Assembly (NCBI GenBank): GCA_963803435.1
Contig: CAWDML010000009.1
Span: 1,152,001-1,216,000 of the forward strand
Length of the DNA: 64,000 nt
From: an uncultured delta proteobacterium
GTDB lineage: Bacteria; Myxococcota; Kuafuiibacteriia; Kuafuiibacteriales; Kuafuiibacteriaceae
Direction of reading: 5' to 3'
The notes beneath the pieces were generated by a model, which had not been told where the DNA came from, did not search any database, and was given only the letters and a program-made list of their open reading frames with translations. Every line of letters begins with the position of its first letter. Position 1 is the stretch's first letter. Position numbers and translations under genes: made by a program. This document shows positions 17,545 to 28,002 of this stretch, piece by piece.

Positions 17545-19920
17545 GTGAGCGGTCGGGTAGGACCTTTCGAGGTCGTACGCGAGCTGTCGGATGCGCCCGG
17601 AGCGTGCCTGGTCGAGGCCCGCGATGCGGACGGCGAGCGGAGGTTGCTCCAGCTCGCGCGCTTTCGCGCTGCGGTCGACGACGGTGAGCGCGGGCAGCGT
17701 CAGGCAGAGGAGCGCGCCATCGCGCGACGGACCGCCGAGCTCATCGGCGATCCCGACGTGGTGGTGCACGCGCACGGCGGCACCGACGGGATCTCGGGCG
17801 AGCGCATCCTCTTTTGGGCGCTCCCCTACTCGGACCGGCCGCCGCTGGCCGGCCAGCGGTTGTCCACGGATGCCCTGATCGATCTGGGGGCGAAGCTCGC
17901 CGCGCGTCTCGTCGAGAGACACGGCGCCGGAAAGCTCGATCCCCTCCTCTCCGAGCACTTCGTGCGCCTCGACGCCGACGGCGAGGTGGAGATCGTCGGC
18001 GTCCCGCTGGCGATCGACCGGGGCTGGGCCGCGCCCGACATGCCGACGTTCCGGGCCGCCCCGGAGGAGAACGGATCCCCCACCCGCAGCGGCGATCTCT
18101 TCCGGCTGGGCCGCATGCTCGAGAACCTGGCGCCGGCCGATCTCCCCGAAGACGTGCGCCGCACGCTGGCGCGCCTCACCGCGGCCAACGGCGAGCGCTT
18201 CGGCTCGGCGCATCTCGCGCTGGAAGCGTTCGACGCGCTCTCCACCCCGTCGCGCCTGAGCGCGGCCTCGATCTCCACCGAGATCACCACGCCGCTGGAG
18301 CCGCCCTGGTCGACGTCGATCCCGGACGTGCTCGATCCGGCCGAGCCGGTGAGCGTGCCCGAGCTGGCGCCCACCGAGGTCACCTCGGGCCCGCTGGTGA
18401 CGGCCGATCCGGGCGCCGTCGCCTCCGAGGCGGTCACGCACACCGCCGAGCCGGTCACGCCGATCCCCTCCGAGTCGCCGCTGGTGGTGGAGGTCCAGCC
18501 CCGATCGACCAGCGCGGTCATCTCCCGCCAGACGGTGGAGATGGAGGCGCCGGAGACGGAGGTGCCCCCCGAGGATGACGCCGCGTTCGATGCGCTGGCG
18601 GCCTCGTGGCGGCAGCCGGTCCTGCCCGCCGGGGAGAGCCCCTGGAGCGAGGTCGTCGAGGCCCGGGGCGCCCATCACCGGCTGAAGGAGCAGTTCCCGG
18701 GCTTCCCGGACTCACTCCCGTTCATCGACACCAGGCCGAAGAAGCCGAGCGAGCTGCCGCCCGTCCCGCCGCGCCCGCTGCCGCCGCTGCCGGTCGACAA
18801 CGAGATCGACGAGGAGATCGCCGCGGCGATCACCGGCTTCAACGCGAAGAAGATCGTGACGGCCGTGCTGGCGCTGCTGGTGATCTTCGGTCTGTTCGCG
18901 GCCATCGCGCGGAGCGGCGATCCGTCCCGCGCACCCGCCGGTGAGGACGTGCTCGAGGCACCGCCCACCAACGAGCTGGTCCTCGAGTCGGATCCGCCCG
19001 GGGCGACGGTCATCGCCGAGTCGGATGGGGCGATCCTGGGAAAGACGCCGCTGTCGTTCCTGGTACCCCGGGGCAACCAGGCCAGCGTGTTCCTCGCGCT
19101 CCCCGACCACGAGCCGATCAAGATGACGCTGCCGGAGCGGGGCGCGGTGCGGGCGCGGCTGATGAGCCTCGACGTCTCGCCCTGCCGCGTGGATCTGACC
19201 GCGCTGGGCGGCGCGAAGCTCGAGGGGGTCGGGTTCGAGCTGGGCCCCAGCGGGAGCGCGATCCCGGGCGCCGGGATCGTTCGGGCGGCCGAGGGCCCGA
19301 GCCACGGTGCCTATCTCGTCACCTGCCCCAGCCTCGGCGGGAAGGAGAGCCGCGTGCTGGAGTTCGCGCCGCCGCGCGCCCAGGCGACCGTCCGCATCAC
19401 CGCGCCTGCCGGCGCCGGCGCCTATCTCGACGGCGATCCGATCGGAAAGGTTCCCACCGTGGCCAAGGCGAAGCGGAGCTTCGCTCGCATCCGCGTCGAC
19501 AGCGCCTCCGGGATGAGCGAGGAGCGCCTGGTCCCCACGGACCGCGACCTCGAGGTGCGCATGCCCACGCCCAAGCCCCGTCGCCTCCCGGTGCTGGTCG
19601 TGCCCGGCGAGAGCGAGGAGCAGAGCGCCGAGGAGGCCGAGATCGAGGAGGTGCGGCAGCTGGCGCCATCTCCCGAGGCGGCACTGCACTACAAGCGCGC
19701 CCTCGAGGCCCTCGACGGCGGTGACACCCGCAGCGCGAAGTCGGAGCTCCAGGAGTGCCTCGCGAACGACTCGAACGACGCGCTCTGCCACCGCGAGATC
19801 GCGGAGCTCTACCGGCGCCTCCGGAGCCCTCAGAAGGCGCGGGAGCACTATCTGCGGTACCTCGAAATCATCCCCTCGGCCCCCGACGCCGAGAGAATTC
19901 GCGCCGTCCTCAACGAGTGA
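17545..19920 (+). CDS. Membrane protein: degenerate Ser/Thr kinase-like domain, TM, PEGA domain(s), C-terminal TPR
   Basis: GAGGAGG at 17529-17535 before TTG/GTG starts; kinase remnants GPFEVVREL, APEE and GDLFRLG; Pro/Glu-rich linker; TM VLALLVIFGLFAAI; PEGA motif ESDPPGATV...LGKTPL; TPR CHREIAELY...AREHYLRYLEIIPSAPDA. Confidence 0.7.
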   Translation: MSGRVGPFEVVRELSDAPGACLVEARDADGERRLLQLARFRAAVDDGERGQRQAEERAIARRTAELIGDPDVVVHAHGGTDGISGERILFWALPYSDRPPLAGQRLSTDALIDLGAKLAARLVERHGAGKLDPLLSEHFVRLDADGEVEIVGVPLAIDRGWAAPDMPTFRAAPEENGSPTRSGDLFRLGRMLENLAPADLPEDVRRTLARLTAANGERFGSAHLALEAFDALSTPSRLSAASISTEITTPLEPPWSTSIPDVLDPAEPVSVPELAPTEVTSGPLVTADPGAVASEAVTHTAEPVTPIPSESPLVVEVQPRSTSAVISRQTVEMEAPETEVPPEDDAAFDALAASWRQPVLPAGESPWSEVVEARGAHHRLKEQFPGFPDSLPFIDTRPKKPSELPPVPPRPLPPLPVDNEIDEEIAAAITGFNAKKIVTAVLALLVIFGLFAAIARSGDPSRAPAGEDVLEAPPTNELVLESDPPGATVIAESDGAILGKTPLSFLVPRGNQASVFLALPDHEPIKMTLPERGAVRARLMSLDVSPCRVDLTALGGAKLEGVGFELGPSGSAIPGAGIVRAAEGPSHGAYLVTCPSLGGKESRVLEFAPPRAQATVRITAPAGAGAYLDGDPIGKVPTVAKAKRSFARIRVDSASGMSEERLVPTDRDLEVRMPTPKPRRLPVLVVPGESEEQSAEEAEIEEVRQLAPSPEAALHYKRALEALDGGDTRSAKSELQECLANDSNDALCHREIAELYRRLRSPQKAREHYLRYLEIIPSAPDAERIRAVLNE

Positions 19921-19969
19921 GCCCCTGCGGGCTTCCTCAGAAGCCTTCCGCCACGTATAGGATCCGCCG

Positions 19970-21860
19970 GTGCGCCGGCTCGAGGCTGTGGTCTCCGGAG
20001 CAGCGCTGATCGCCGTGTTGCTGGCCCTGGTCGGCTTCGCGACGCAGGTGCTGGGCGCGCACGGTGCCTTCTCCACCATCGGCAGCCTGGCGGCGATCCC
20101 GCCCTCGCCACCGGACGGGTTCTGGCCGCTCTTGGCGTTCACGATGGTGCTGGCCGGCGCGGCGCTGGCGCGGACGCGGGCGCTCTCGTCGGCCCGGGCG
20201 GTGGCGGCGGCGGTGGCGCTCCTGGTGGCGACCGTCTTCGCGGGCCTCGCCACCCCGATCGGTCACACGTTTGGCGCGGTGGTGCTGGCCGGGACCGGCG
20301 CGGTGCTGGTGGCGGCGCTGGCGCTGCCGATCCCGGAGCGGGCGCCGCCGGCCTGGACCCGCTGGTTGCCGCTCATCCTGTGGCTCGGGGTGGCGGCGGT
20401 GATGGCGCTGTTCTCCATGCACCGCCACTGGGCGTTCGGCTCCGGCAGCTGGGACATGGGCTGCATGATCCACAACTTCTATCGAGCGTCGCGCTTCCTC
20501 GACTCCACCTCCACGGTGCTCGGCGACGTCGACTTTCTCGGCGATCACTTCATGATCGGCATCTACCTGTATGCGCCGATCGAATGGATCGACAGCTCGG
20601 GCTACACGCTGCTGGCGATCCAGTCGATCAACCTGGCGGCGGCCGCGCCCGCGATCTTCCTGATCGCGCGCCACCGCGGCGCCGGCGTCGCCGCCTCCAC
20701 GGTGCTGGCCCTCGCCGGCGGGCTCGCGTTTGGGATGCAATCGGCCGCGTACTTCGACAGCCACGAGATCACGGTCGGCTTCGGCTTCCTCTGCTTCGGG
20801 ATCTGGGCGCTCGAGACCGAGCGGTTCCGGCTGGCCTCGCTCTTCCTGGTGCTGTTCGCGCTGTTCAAGGAGTCGCTCGGCGCCTACGTCGCGGCGCTGG
20901 GGCTGCTGGCGATCTGGCGCGGGATCCGGGCCCGCGATCGCCGCCCGATGGCCTACGGTGCCGCCTGGATCGCGTTCGGCGTGATCTGGTTCGTCCTGGT
21001 GAACCGGGTGTTCATGCCCGCCCTGATCGCGCGGGCGAACCCGCCCGAGGCGCACGAGACCTTCGCCGACTTCGGTCCCACGGTGTTCGAGGCCGCCGTG
21101 GGGATCGCGACCCATCCGCTGAAGGCGCTGGCGGCGATCTTCGTCCAGGACGAGAAGGTGCAGAGCCTCGCCGTGACGTTCCTCGGGCTCGGCGGTCTCG
21201 CGTTCTTCGCGCCCGAGATCGGCCTGGCCGCCGCGCCCTTGATCGCCGAGCGGTTCCTCTCCTCGAAGTCCACCATGTGGGAGATGGGCTATCACTACGC
21301 GGCGCCGCTCTCGCTGTACGTCGCCTGGGCCGCCGCGATCGGTTGGCCCCGGGCGCGGCGTCTGGCGTCGCGCGGGCTGGATGCGCTGGCGCCGGGCCTC
21401 GGGGCGCGGGCGGGACCGGCGCTCGGACTGTACGTGCTGGCGTCGGCGCTCCTGGTGAACGGGTTCGGCTACCGCCACCCGGCCAACTTCTACAAGTGGG
21501 ACGAGCCGTACTTCTCCACTCCGCCGCGCCGGCGCGCGCACCAGCACGCGATCGCGTTCATCGAGGCGAACGCGCCGCTCGACGCGCGGCTGGCGGTGCA
21601 GAACCGGATCCTGCCCCATCTCGCGGACCGCCCCTTCGTGTACCGGCTCGGCGACTATCCGCGCGCCGACTGGGTGCTGCTCTCGATCGGCGAGTCCGCC
21701 TGGCCGTGGCCCGATCAATATCCGCGGCAGGTGGCGCGATCCCCTCCGGGCCTCCGACGACTTCACGCTGGTGTTCGCCGAGGAGGGGACCGCCGTGTTC
21801 GCCCGCAGGAAGGTGACGGATCTGCCCGAAGCGCCCGTGACGGAGGCGCTGGTGCGGTGA
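19970..21860 (+). CDS. DUF2079-family polytopic membrane protein (GT-C-like), +1 frameshift near 21742
   Basis: WDMG, FLGDHF, FDSHE, FKE and YHY motifs. Removing one C at GATCCCC (21738-21744) gives the C-terminus SDDFTLVFAEEGTAVFARR...stop at 21860 and avoids overlap with nuoA. Confidence 0.7.
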
Positions 21861-21927
21861 TCTGGGGGTCCGGGCGGGGCTTTGGTGCTTGCTCCCCCTC
21901 CTCGAGGGACGGTAGAACCTCGACGTC

Positions 21928-22281
21928 GTGGGTGGTTACGGCACGATCTTGATCTTGTTCGTGGTCGCGTCCGGGATCGCGGGCGCGTTCCACTTCCTGG
22001 CGTCGACCCTGGGGCCGCGCGCCCAGAATGCGATCAAGGCCGAGCCGTTCGAGTGCGGAAACCTGGTCGAGGCCCGGATCAAGCCGCGCGTCTCGGTGAA
22101 GTTCTACATCGTGGCGCTGCTCTTCATCCTCTTCGACATGGAGACCGTCTTCCTCTTCCCCTGGGCGGTGGTGTTCAAGGAGCTGGGCTGGATCGGGTTC
22201 TGGAGCATGATCAGCTTCGTCGGCGTGCTCGTCCTGGGGTTGGTGTACGTGTGGAAGAAAGGTGCGCTCGACTGGGATTGA
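21928..22281 (+). CDS. nuoA: NADH-quinone oxidoreductase subunit A (set 2)
   Basis: PFECG, FYIVALLFILFDME, FPWA and YVWKKGALDW motifs. Confidence 0.95.
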   Translation: MGGYGTILILFVVASGIAGAFHFLASTLGPRAQNAIKAEPFECGNLVEARIKPRVSVKFYIVALLFILFDMETVFLFPWAVVFKELGWIGFWSMISFVGVLVLGLVYVWKKGALDWD

Positions 22282-22302
22282 GCGGGCGTCTAGGGTAGCG
22301 AC

Positions 22303-22845
22303 ATGACAGCGGAGCAGAATCTCCTCGGCCAGGATGCCGCCACCACCACCGTAGAGGCGGCCGAGGGCTTCTTTCGCAAGCTCCTCAACAAGAACGAGAA
22401 GGTGCAGGAGGTCGTGAACTGGGGCCGGCGCTGGTCGTTCTTCCAGTACCCGTTCGTCACGGCCTGCTGCGGGATGGAGTACATGGCCGCGGCCGGCCCG
22501 CGCTACGACTACGCCCGCTTCGGCGCCGAGCTCCCGCGGTTCTCTCCGCGTCAGGCCGACCTCCTGATGGTGGTGGGCACGATCAGCCACAAACAGGCGC
22601 CGATCCTTCGCACCGTCTACGAGCAGATGGCGGAGCCCAAGTGGGTGATCAGCTTCGGCGTCTGCGCCTCCAGCGGCGGCTTCTACCGCAACTACTCCAC
22701 GGTCCAGGGGATCGACACCATCATTCCGGTAGACGTCTACATTCCCGGGTGCCCGCCGCGGCCGGAGGCGGTGCTCGACGCGATCATGATGCTGCAGAAC
22801 AAGGTCACCGCGGAGCGACGCCCGCTCCTGCCGGTCGTGAAGTGA
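22303..22845 (+). CDS. nuoB: NADH-quinone oxidoreductase subunit B (set 2)
   Basis: [25 protein letters not shown] and [14 protein letters not shown] motifs. Confidence 0.95.
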   Translation: MTAEQNLLGQDAATTTVEAAEGFFRKLLNKNEKVQEVVNWGRRWSFFQYPFVTACCGMEYMAAAGPRYDYARFGAELPRFSPRQADLLMVVGTISHKQAPILRTVYEQMAEPKWVISFGVCASSGGFYRNYSTVQGIDTIIPVDVYIPGCPPRPEAVLDAIMMLQNKVTAERRPLLPVVK

Positions 22846-22855
22846 GGATGCCCGC

Positions 22856-23353
22856 GTGAGCAAGCTCGCCCTCGACCGCCTCCTCGAGAAGTTCCCGGAC
22901 GAGGTGGTGTCGCACCACTCGGACCACGGCGACGACACTGCGGTGGTGAAGACGCCGCGCTTCGTCGAGATCTGCGAGCTCCTCCGCGACGATCCGACCA
23001 CGCGCCTCGAGATGCTGATGGACCTGACCGTCGCCGACTACCTCGGCGTGAAGGAGCCCCGCTTCGAGGTCGTCTATCACCTCTACTCCCTCAGCAAGAA
23101 CCACCGGCTTCGCCTGAAGATCGAGGTGCCCGAGGACGACACCAAGGTCCCGAGCGTCCTGTCGGTGTGGAAGTCGGCCAACTGGATGGAGCGCGAGGCC
23201 TGGGACCTCTACGGGATCAAGTTCACCGGACACCCTGATCTGCGCCGGATCCTCCTCTACCCGCAGTTCGAGGGGCATCCGCTGCGCAAGGACTACCCGC
23301 TGGAGAAGCGTCAGCCGCTGGTCCCGCCAGCGCCGGGTCGCCGCCACCTCTGA
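22856..23353 (+). CDS. nuoC: NADH-quinone oxidoreductase subunit C (set 2)
   Basis: RFEVVYHLYS and ANWMEREAWDLYGIKFTGHPDLRRILLY...GHPLRKDYP motifs. Confidence 0.93.
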   Translation: MSKLALDRLLEKFPDEVVSHHSDHGDDTAVVKTPRFVEICELLRDDPTTRLEMLMDLTVADYLGVKEPRFEVVYHLYSLSKNHRLRLKIEVPEDDTKVPSVLSVWKSANWMEREAWDLYGIKFTGHPDLRRILLYPQFEGHPLRKDYPLEKRQPLVPPAPGRRHL

Positions 23354-23372
23354 CCGACGCTATCCTCCCCAT

Positions 23373-26222
23373 GTGCGCGCGCCCGCCCTCGCCCTCGGCG
23401 TCGCGCTTCTCGCAACCCAGCTTGCACACGCTGCGGCGCCCCGCGCGAGCTGGCACACCGTGGTCACGCCCAACTTTCGCGTCCACTACCACGAGGACCT
23501 GAGGGCGCTGGCGATCCGGGTCAGCAACCTGGCCGAGAACGTCCTGCCGGAGCTGTCCCGGATCCTGGGGAACCGGCCCGACACGCCGATCCACATCGTG
23601 CTCTCCGACGACATGGATTCGCCCCAGGGCTTCGCTGAGGTGCTCCCCGAGAACGTGGTGACACTCTTCCCGGCCGTGCCCGCGCCCACCTCCGAGCTCG
23701 GGGACTTCGACGACTTCATGCGCCTGCTCCTGATCCACGAGATGACGCACATCGTCCATCTGGACACGATCGGCGGCATCCCCGCCGCCTTCAACCAGCT
23801 GTTCGGCAAGCAGTGGTCGCCGAACCTGATCCAGCCGCGCTGGGTGGTCGAGGGCATCGCGGTCAACCTCGAGTCCCACTTCACCAGCGCAGGCCGCATC
23901 CGCAGCAACCAGGTCGACATGATCATGCGTGCGCAGATCATCTCCAACGTCTTCCCGCCGATCGACGAGCTTTCGAACATCAACCGGCGCTTCCTGTTCG
24001 GCAACTTTCCCTGGATCTTCGGCGGGCGACTCATCGACTTCATCGGCCGGACCTACGGGGAGGACGCGATCGCGCAGATCTCCCACGAGTACGGCGAGCG
24101 CCCGCTGCCCTATGCGATCAACCTGGTCACTGAGCACGCCACCCAGCGGTCGATGGTCGACATCTACGGCGAGTGGGAGGCGTGGGAGCGGCGCCACGCA
24201 GAGGGGCTGCTGGCGCGGATCCGGGCGGAGGGAGTGGTGGAGGGCGAGCGGATCCCTCGGGAGGCCGCCGTGGTCCGGAACCTCGAGATGTCACCGACCG
24301 GGGAGCTGGCGTTCGTCGAGGAGCCCCGGGACGGAGACACCGAGCTGGTGGTGCTGGCGCCGGATCTGAAGACCGAGCGGGTCCGCCTGCGCACGTCGTC
24401 CGGCCTGTGCTCGTTCACGCCGGACGGACGGCGCCTGGTGGCGACCATCGCCGACTCCTACCAGCACGCCTACTTCTTCGACGACCTCGAGATCATCGAC
24501 GTGGCCACCGGCCGCCGCCGCCGCCGCACCTCGGGGGCCCGGATCAGCGATCCCGACCTCTCCCCCGACGGTCGGACCATCGCGGCCGTCCAGCAGCGAT
24601 CCGGCCGGACCTGGATCGTCACGCTCCCCCTCGAGTCGGGCGAGCCGAAGGTGATGTACCAGCCGGAGGAGGGTGACCAGGTGGCCGAGCCGCGCTGGGC
24701 GCCCGACGGCGCCTCGCTGGTGTGGTCGATGCTCGATCCCAGCGGGGCCCGCAACCTGGTGCGCTATCGCCCGGCGAGCGGCCGCCTCGAGCGCCTCACC
24801 GAGGGCATGGCGCACGACGTGGATCCGCTGTGGTCGCCGGACGGACGCGCGATCTACTTCGCGAGCGATCGCGGCGGCGTCTTCAACGCGTATCGCGTCG
24901 ACCTCGAGAGTCACGCGCTCGTCAAGGTCACGAACGTCGAGACCGGCGTCTTCGATCTCGCGATCTCGCCCGACGGGCGGGACCTCTACTTCGCGCTCTT
25001 CAACGCGTTCGGCTACGACCTCCACCGCCTCTCCACCGAGCAGAGAGGCATGGCCCCGGATCCGGAGCTGGTGCGGCCGGTCGCCACCGCCAGCGCGGCG
25101 GTCGCGGTCTTCCCGATCGAGCGCTACTCCCCGTGGGAGACCTTGATCCCGAAGACCTGGCTGCCCAACACCGGCACCGACGGCGTCGGCAACACGATCG
25201 GCGTCTCGATCCTCCAGGCCGACGCGCTCCGCCAGCACGCGTACACCTTCGACCTGCACTACGGGATCGAGAGCCGGCGCCTCGGCTACTACGCGAGCTA
25301 CTACAACGCCATGCTGGTCACGCCGATCAGCCTGTCGTCCTCGCTGGTCGCGACCACCCGGCCCGGCTCGTTCGCGCCCGCCACACCCGACCAGGATCGA
25401 CTCCAGTCGATCTGGCGCTGCTCGCTCGGCTTCTCGGTCCCGCTGGGCGCCTGGGACACCGGACACGCGCTCTCCTTCAACTACAGCATCGAGCTCCGGC
25501 GGGGCCTCACGCTCTTCTCCGACGATCCGTTCCAGACTGCCCCCCCGCTCGATCCGAACCTGACGCTGTCCGCGATCTCCGTGGGCTGGAGCTTCAGCAA
25601 CGCGCGCGGGTTCGCCGAGTCGATCAGCGCCGCCGCCGGCCATTCGCTCTCGGTCAACGTCCGCTTCAACGATCCGGTGCTCGGCTCGGACCTCCGCATC
25701 ATCGAGATCGTGGGCCGCTGGAGCGGGTTCCTGACGCTGCCTTGGCTCGAGCACCACGTGCTGGCGCTTCGGGTCGCGGTCGGCGGCTCGGCCGGAGACA
25801 GCCGGGGCCGCAGCGTCTTCGTTCTGGGCGGCCTCCCGGTGCGGAACATCCTCTCCGACGCCATCGACGGCATCGGCGTGGGATCGGAGGTGATCCGCGG
25901 CTACGAGCCGAGCGTGCTCCGCGGCAACGCGTTCTACCTCGGCACGCTCGAGTACCGCCTCCCGCTCTGGGTGATCGCGTGGGGCGTGAAGACCATCCCG
26001 CTGTTCCTGGATCGCCTGACCGCGGCCGCGTTCGTCGACGCGGGCGCCACCCCGAACGGTCGCCTCCGCGTACAGGACACCAAGGCCGGTGTCGGTGGCG
26101 AGCTCCGGCTGGATCTCGACGTGGGCTATGTCGAGGGCTTCACGCTCCGCTTCGGCTACGGGCGCGGGTTGATGGAGGGCGGGATCGACAACTGGTACCT
26201 GGTGCTGGGCGGCGTATATTGA
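23373..26222 (+). CDS. Omp85/BamA-TamA-like outer-membrane protein with N-terminal HExxH peptidase domain and TolB/PD40 beta-propeller
   Basis: Signal peptide; IHEMTH plus WVVEGIA; repeated (W)SPDG(R) motifs and FASDRGGVFNAY; IRGY, LEYRLPL and a C-terminal aromatic residue typical of Omp85 barrels. Confidence 0.78.
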   Translation: MRAPALALGVALLATQLAHAAAPRASWHTVVTPNFRVHYHEDLRALAIRVSNLAENVLPELSRILGNRPDTPIHIVLSDDMDSPQGFAEVLPENVVTLFPAVPAPTSELGDFDDFMRLLLIHEMTHIVHLDTIGGIPAAFNQLFGKQWSPNLIQPRWVVEGIAVNLESHFTSAGRIRSNQVDMIMRAQIISNVFPPIDELSNINRRFLFGNFPWIFGGRLIDFIGRTYGEDAIAQISHEYGERPLPYAINLVTEHATQRSMVDIYGEWEAWERRHAEGLLARIRAEGVVEGERIPREAAVVRNLEMSPTGELAFVEEPRDGDTELVVLAPDLKTERVRLRTSSGLCSFTPDGRRLVATIADSYQHAYFFDDLEIIDVATGRRRRRTSGARISDPDLSPDGRTIAAVQQRSGRTWIVTLPLESGEPKVMYQPEEGDQVAEPRWAPDGASLVWSMLDPSGARNLVRYRPASGRLERLTEGMAHDVDPLWSPDGRAIYFASDRGGVFNAYRVDLESHALVKVTNVETGVFDLAISPDGRDLYFALFNAFGYDLHRLSTEQRGMAPDPELVRPVATASAAVAVFPIERYSPWETLIPKTWLPNTGTDGVGNTIGVSILQADALRQHAYTFDLHYGIESRRLGYYASYYNAMLVTPISLSSSLVATTRPGSFAPATPDQDRLQSIWRCSLGFSVPLGAWDTGHALSFNYSIELRRGLTLFSDDPFQTAPPLDPNLTLSAISVGWSFSNARGFAESISAAAGHSLSVNVRFNDPVLGSDLRIIEIVGRWSGFLTLPWLEHHVLALRVAVGGSAGDSRGRSVFVLGGLPVRNILSDAIDGIGVGSEVIRGYEPSVLRGNAFYLGTLEYRLPLWVIAWGVKTIPLFLDRLTAAAFVDAGATPNGRLRVQDTKAGVGGELRLDLDVGYVEGFTLRFGYGRGLMEGGIDNWYLVLGGVY

Positions 26223-26229
26223 TCCGTGC

Positions 26230-27868
26230 TCAGCCCAGCGGGCGGAGATCGGCGGTCTGCGTGGCCCCCTCCTCGGAGAGGTCGACCACCCGGAGACGCT
26301 CCATCCCTGCCGACGCCTGGAGCTCCGACAGGACCTCGGGCGTGATCTCGCCGTCGACGCTGACCGCGGCCTTGGCGCGGCGATCCTTCTCCAGGCGGGA
26401 GAGGGACAGGCGCGAGATGTTGATCCCGTGATCCCCCAGGATCGAGCCAATGCGCCCGATGATCCCCGGACGGTCGAAGTGGTCGGTGAGGAGGATGCGC
26501 CCCTCGGGGACGATCTCCAGGTAGAAGCCGTCGAGGCTGACCACGCGCGGGTCGTGCCCGGCGAAGAGCGCGCCGACGATCTCGGTGCTGCCGTCGGCGC
26601 CGCCCACCTTGATGGTGACGGCGTTGGCGAAGTCTTGCACCTTGCTGGTGCGCTCCTCGATGACCTCGATCCCGCGCTCCTCCGCCATCAACGGGGCGCT
26701 GACCATGTTGATCGAGCGTCCCAGCGCCGAGGCCAGGAAGCCGGTCAGCGCCGCCACCTTGATCGGCTGCGTGGTGATGTCCTTGGAGATCCCGGCCAGC
26801 GTCAGGCGGATCGTCTGCACGCTCTTCTCGTGCAGCTGCCCCGCCATCCGCCCCAGGATCTCTGCGATCCGCACGTACGGCCCCACGGTCTCCATCTGCT
26901 CGGCGGTCAGCGCCGGCGCGTTGAAGGCGTTCACGATGACCCCGCGCTTCAGGTATTGAACGATCTGCTCGGCCACCGCCACCGACACGTTGACCTGCGC
27001 CTCGCTGGTGGAGGCGCCCAGGTGCGGAGTCAGGACGACGTCGTCCCGCGAGAGGAACGGGTGATCGGCCGGCGGTGGCTCGGTGACGTACACGTCGAAG
27101 GCAGCGCCGGAGAGGTGCTTGCTGTCGAGCGCCTCGACCACCGCCTGCTCGTCCACCAGACCGCCGCGGGCCGCGTTGATCAGGAACGCGCCCTTCTTCA
27201 TCTTCGCCAGCGCGGCCCGGTCGATGATGTTCCGGGTCCCGTCCGTCAGCGGCACGTGGAGCGTGACCAGGTCCGAGCCGCCGAGCAGCTCGATCCAGCT
27301 CCACCAGCTCCACGCCCAGCTCGCGGGCTCGCGCCTTGGTGACGAAGGGATCGTACGCGATCACTCTCATCTTCAGGCCGAGGGCCCGGTTCGCGACGAT
27401 CTTTCCGATGTTTCCCAGGCCCACCACGCCGAGCGTCTTGCCGCAGAGCTCGCGGCCCTGGAACTTCGACTTCTCCCACTTGCCGGCCTTCAGGCTCGCG
27501 GTGGCTTGCGGGATCTTGCGGCACAGGGAGGCCATCAACGCGATCGCGTGCTCCGCCGTGGTGACCACGTTCCCCTCGGGCGTGTTCATCACCAGGATGC
27601 CGCGCTCGCTGGCGGCCCTGAGGTCCACGTTGTCGATCCCGATCCCGGCGCGGCCGATCACCTTGAGGCGATCGGCCCGGGCGATGACCTCCGCGGTGAC
27701 CTTGGTCTCGCTGCGGACGGCGAGCGCGTCGTAGCCGCTGATGATCTCGAGAAGCTCTGCCGGCGAAAGCCCTGGCCGGACGTCGAGCTTGATCCCATCC
27801 TCCTGCTCGAAGACGGACAGCCCCTCCTTGGCGAGCTTGTCGCTGACGAGCACTCTGAACTCGGCCAT
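26230..27868 (-). CDS. serA: D-3-phosphoglycerate dehydrogenase with ACT domain; +1 frameshift near 27293
   Basis: VRSETKV, GRAGIGIDNVD and GLGNIG in frame 1; TLHVP, INAARGG, TPHLGASTSEAQ and DRPGIIG in frame 2. The halves join on removing one base at GATC (27292-27295). Confidence 0.92.
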
Positions 27869-28002
27869 ATTCGGGCGCGGACCGTAGAACGCGGGCGGCA
27901 GCGAAGGAAGCCCAAACCCGAAGGGGGGCAAAATCCTCGCTTGCTTCGGAATCTCGGGCCTGACAAGTTCGCGGACTCACATCGGAAAGCATCCCCTGCA
28001 CG

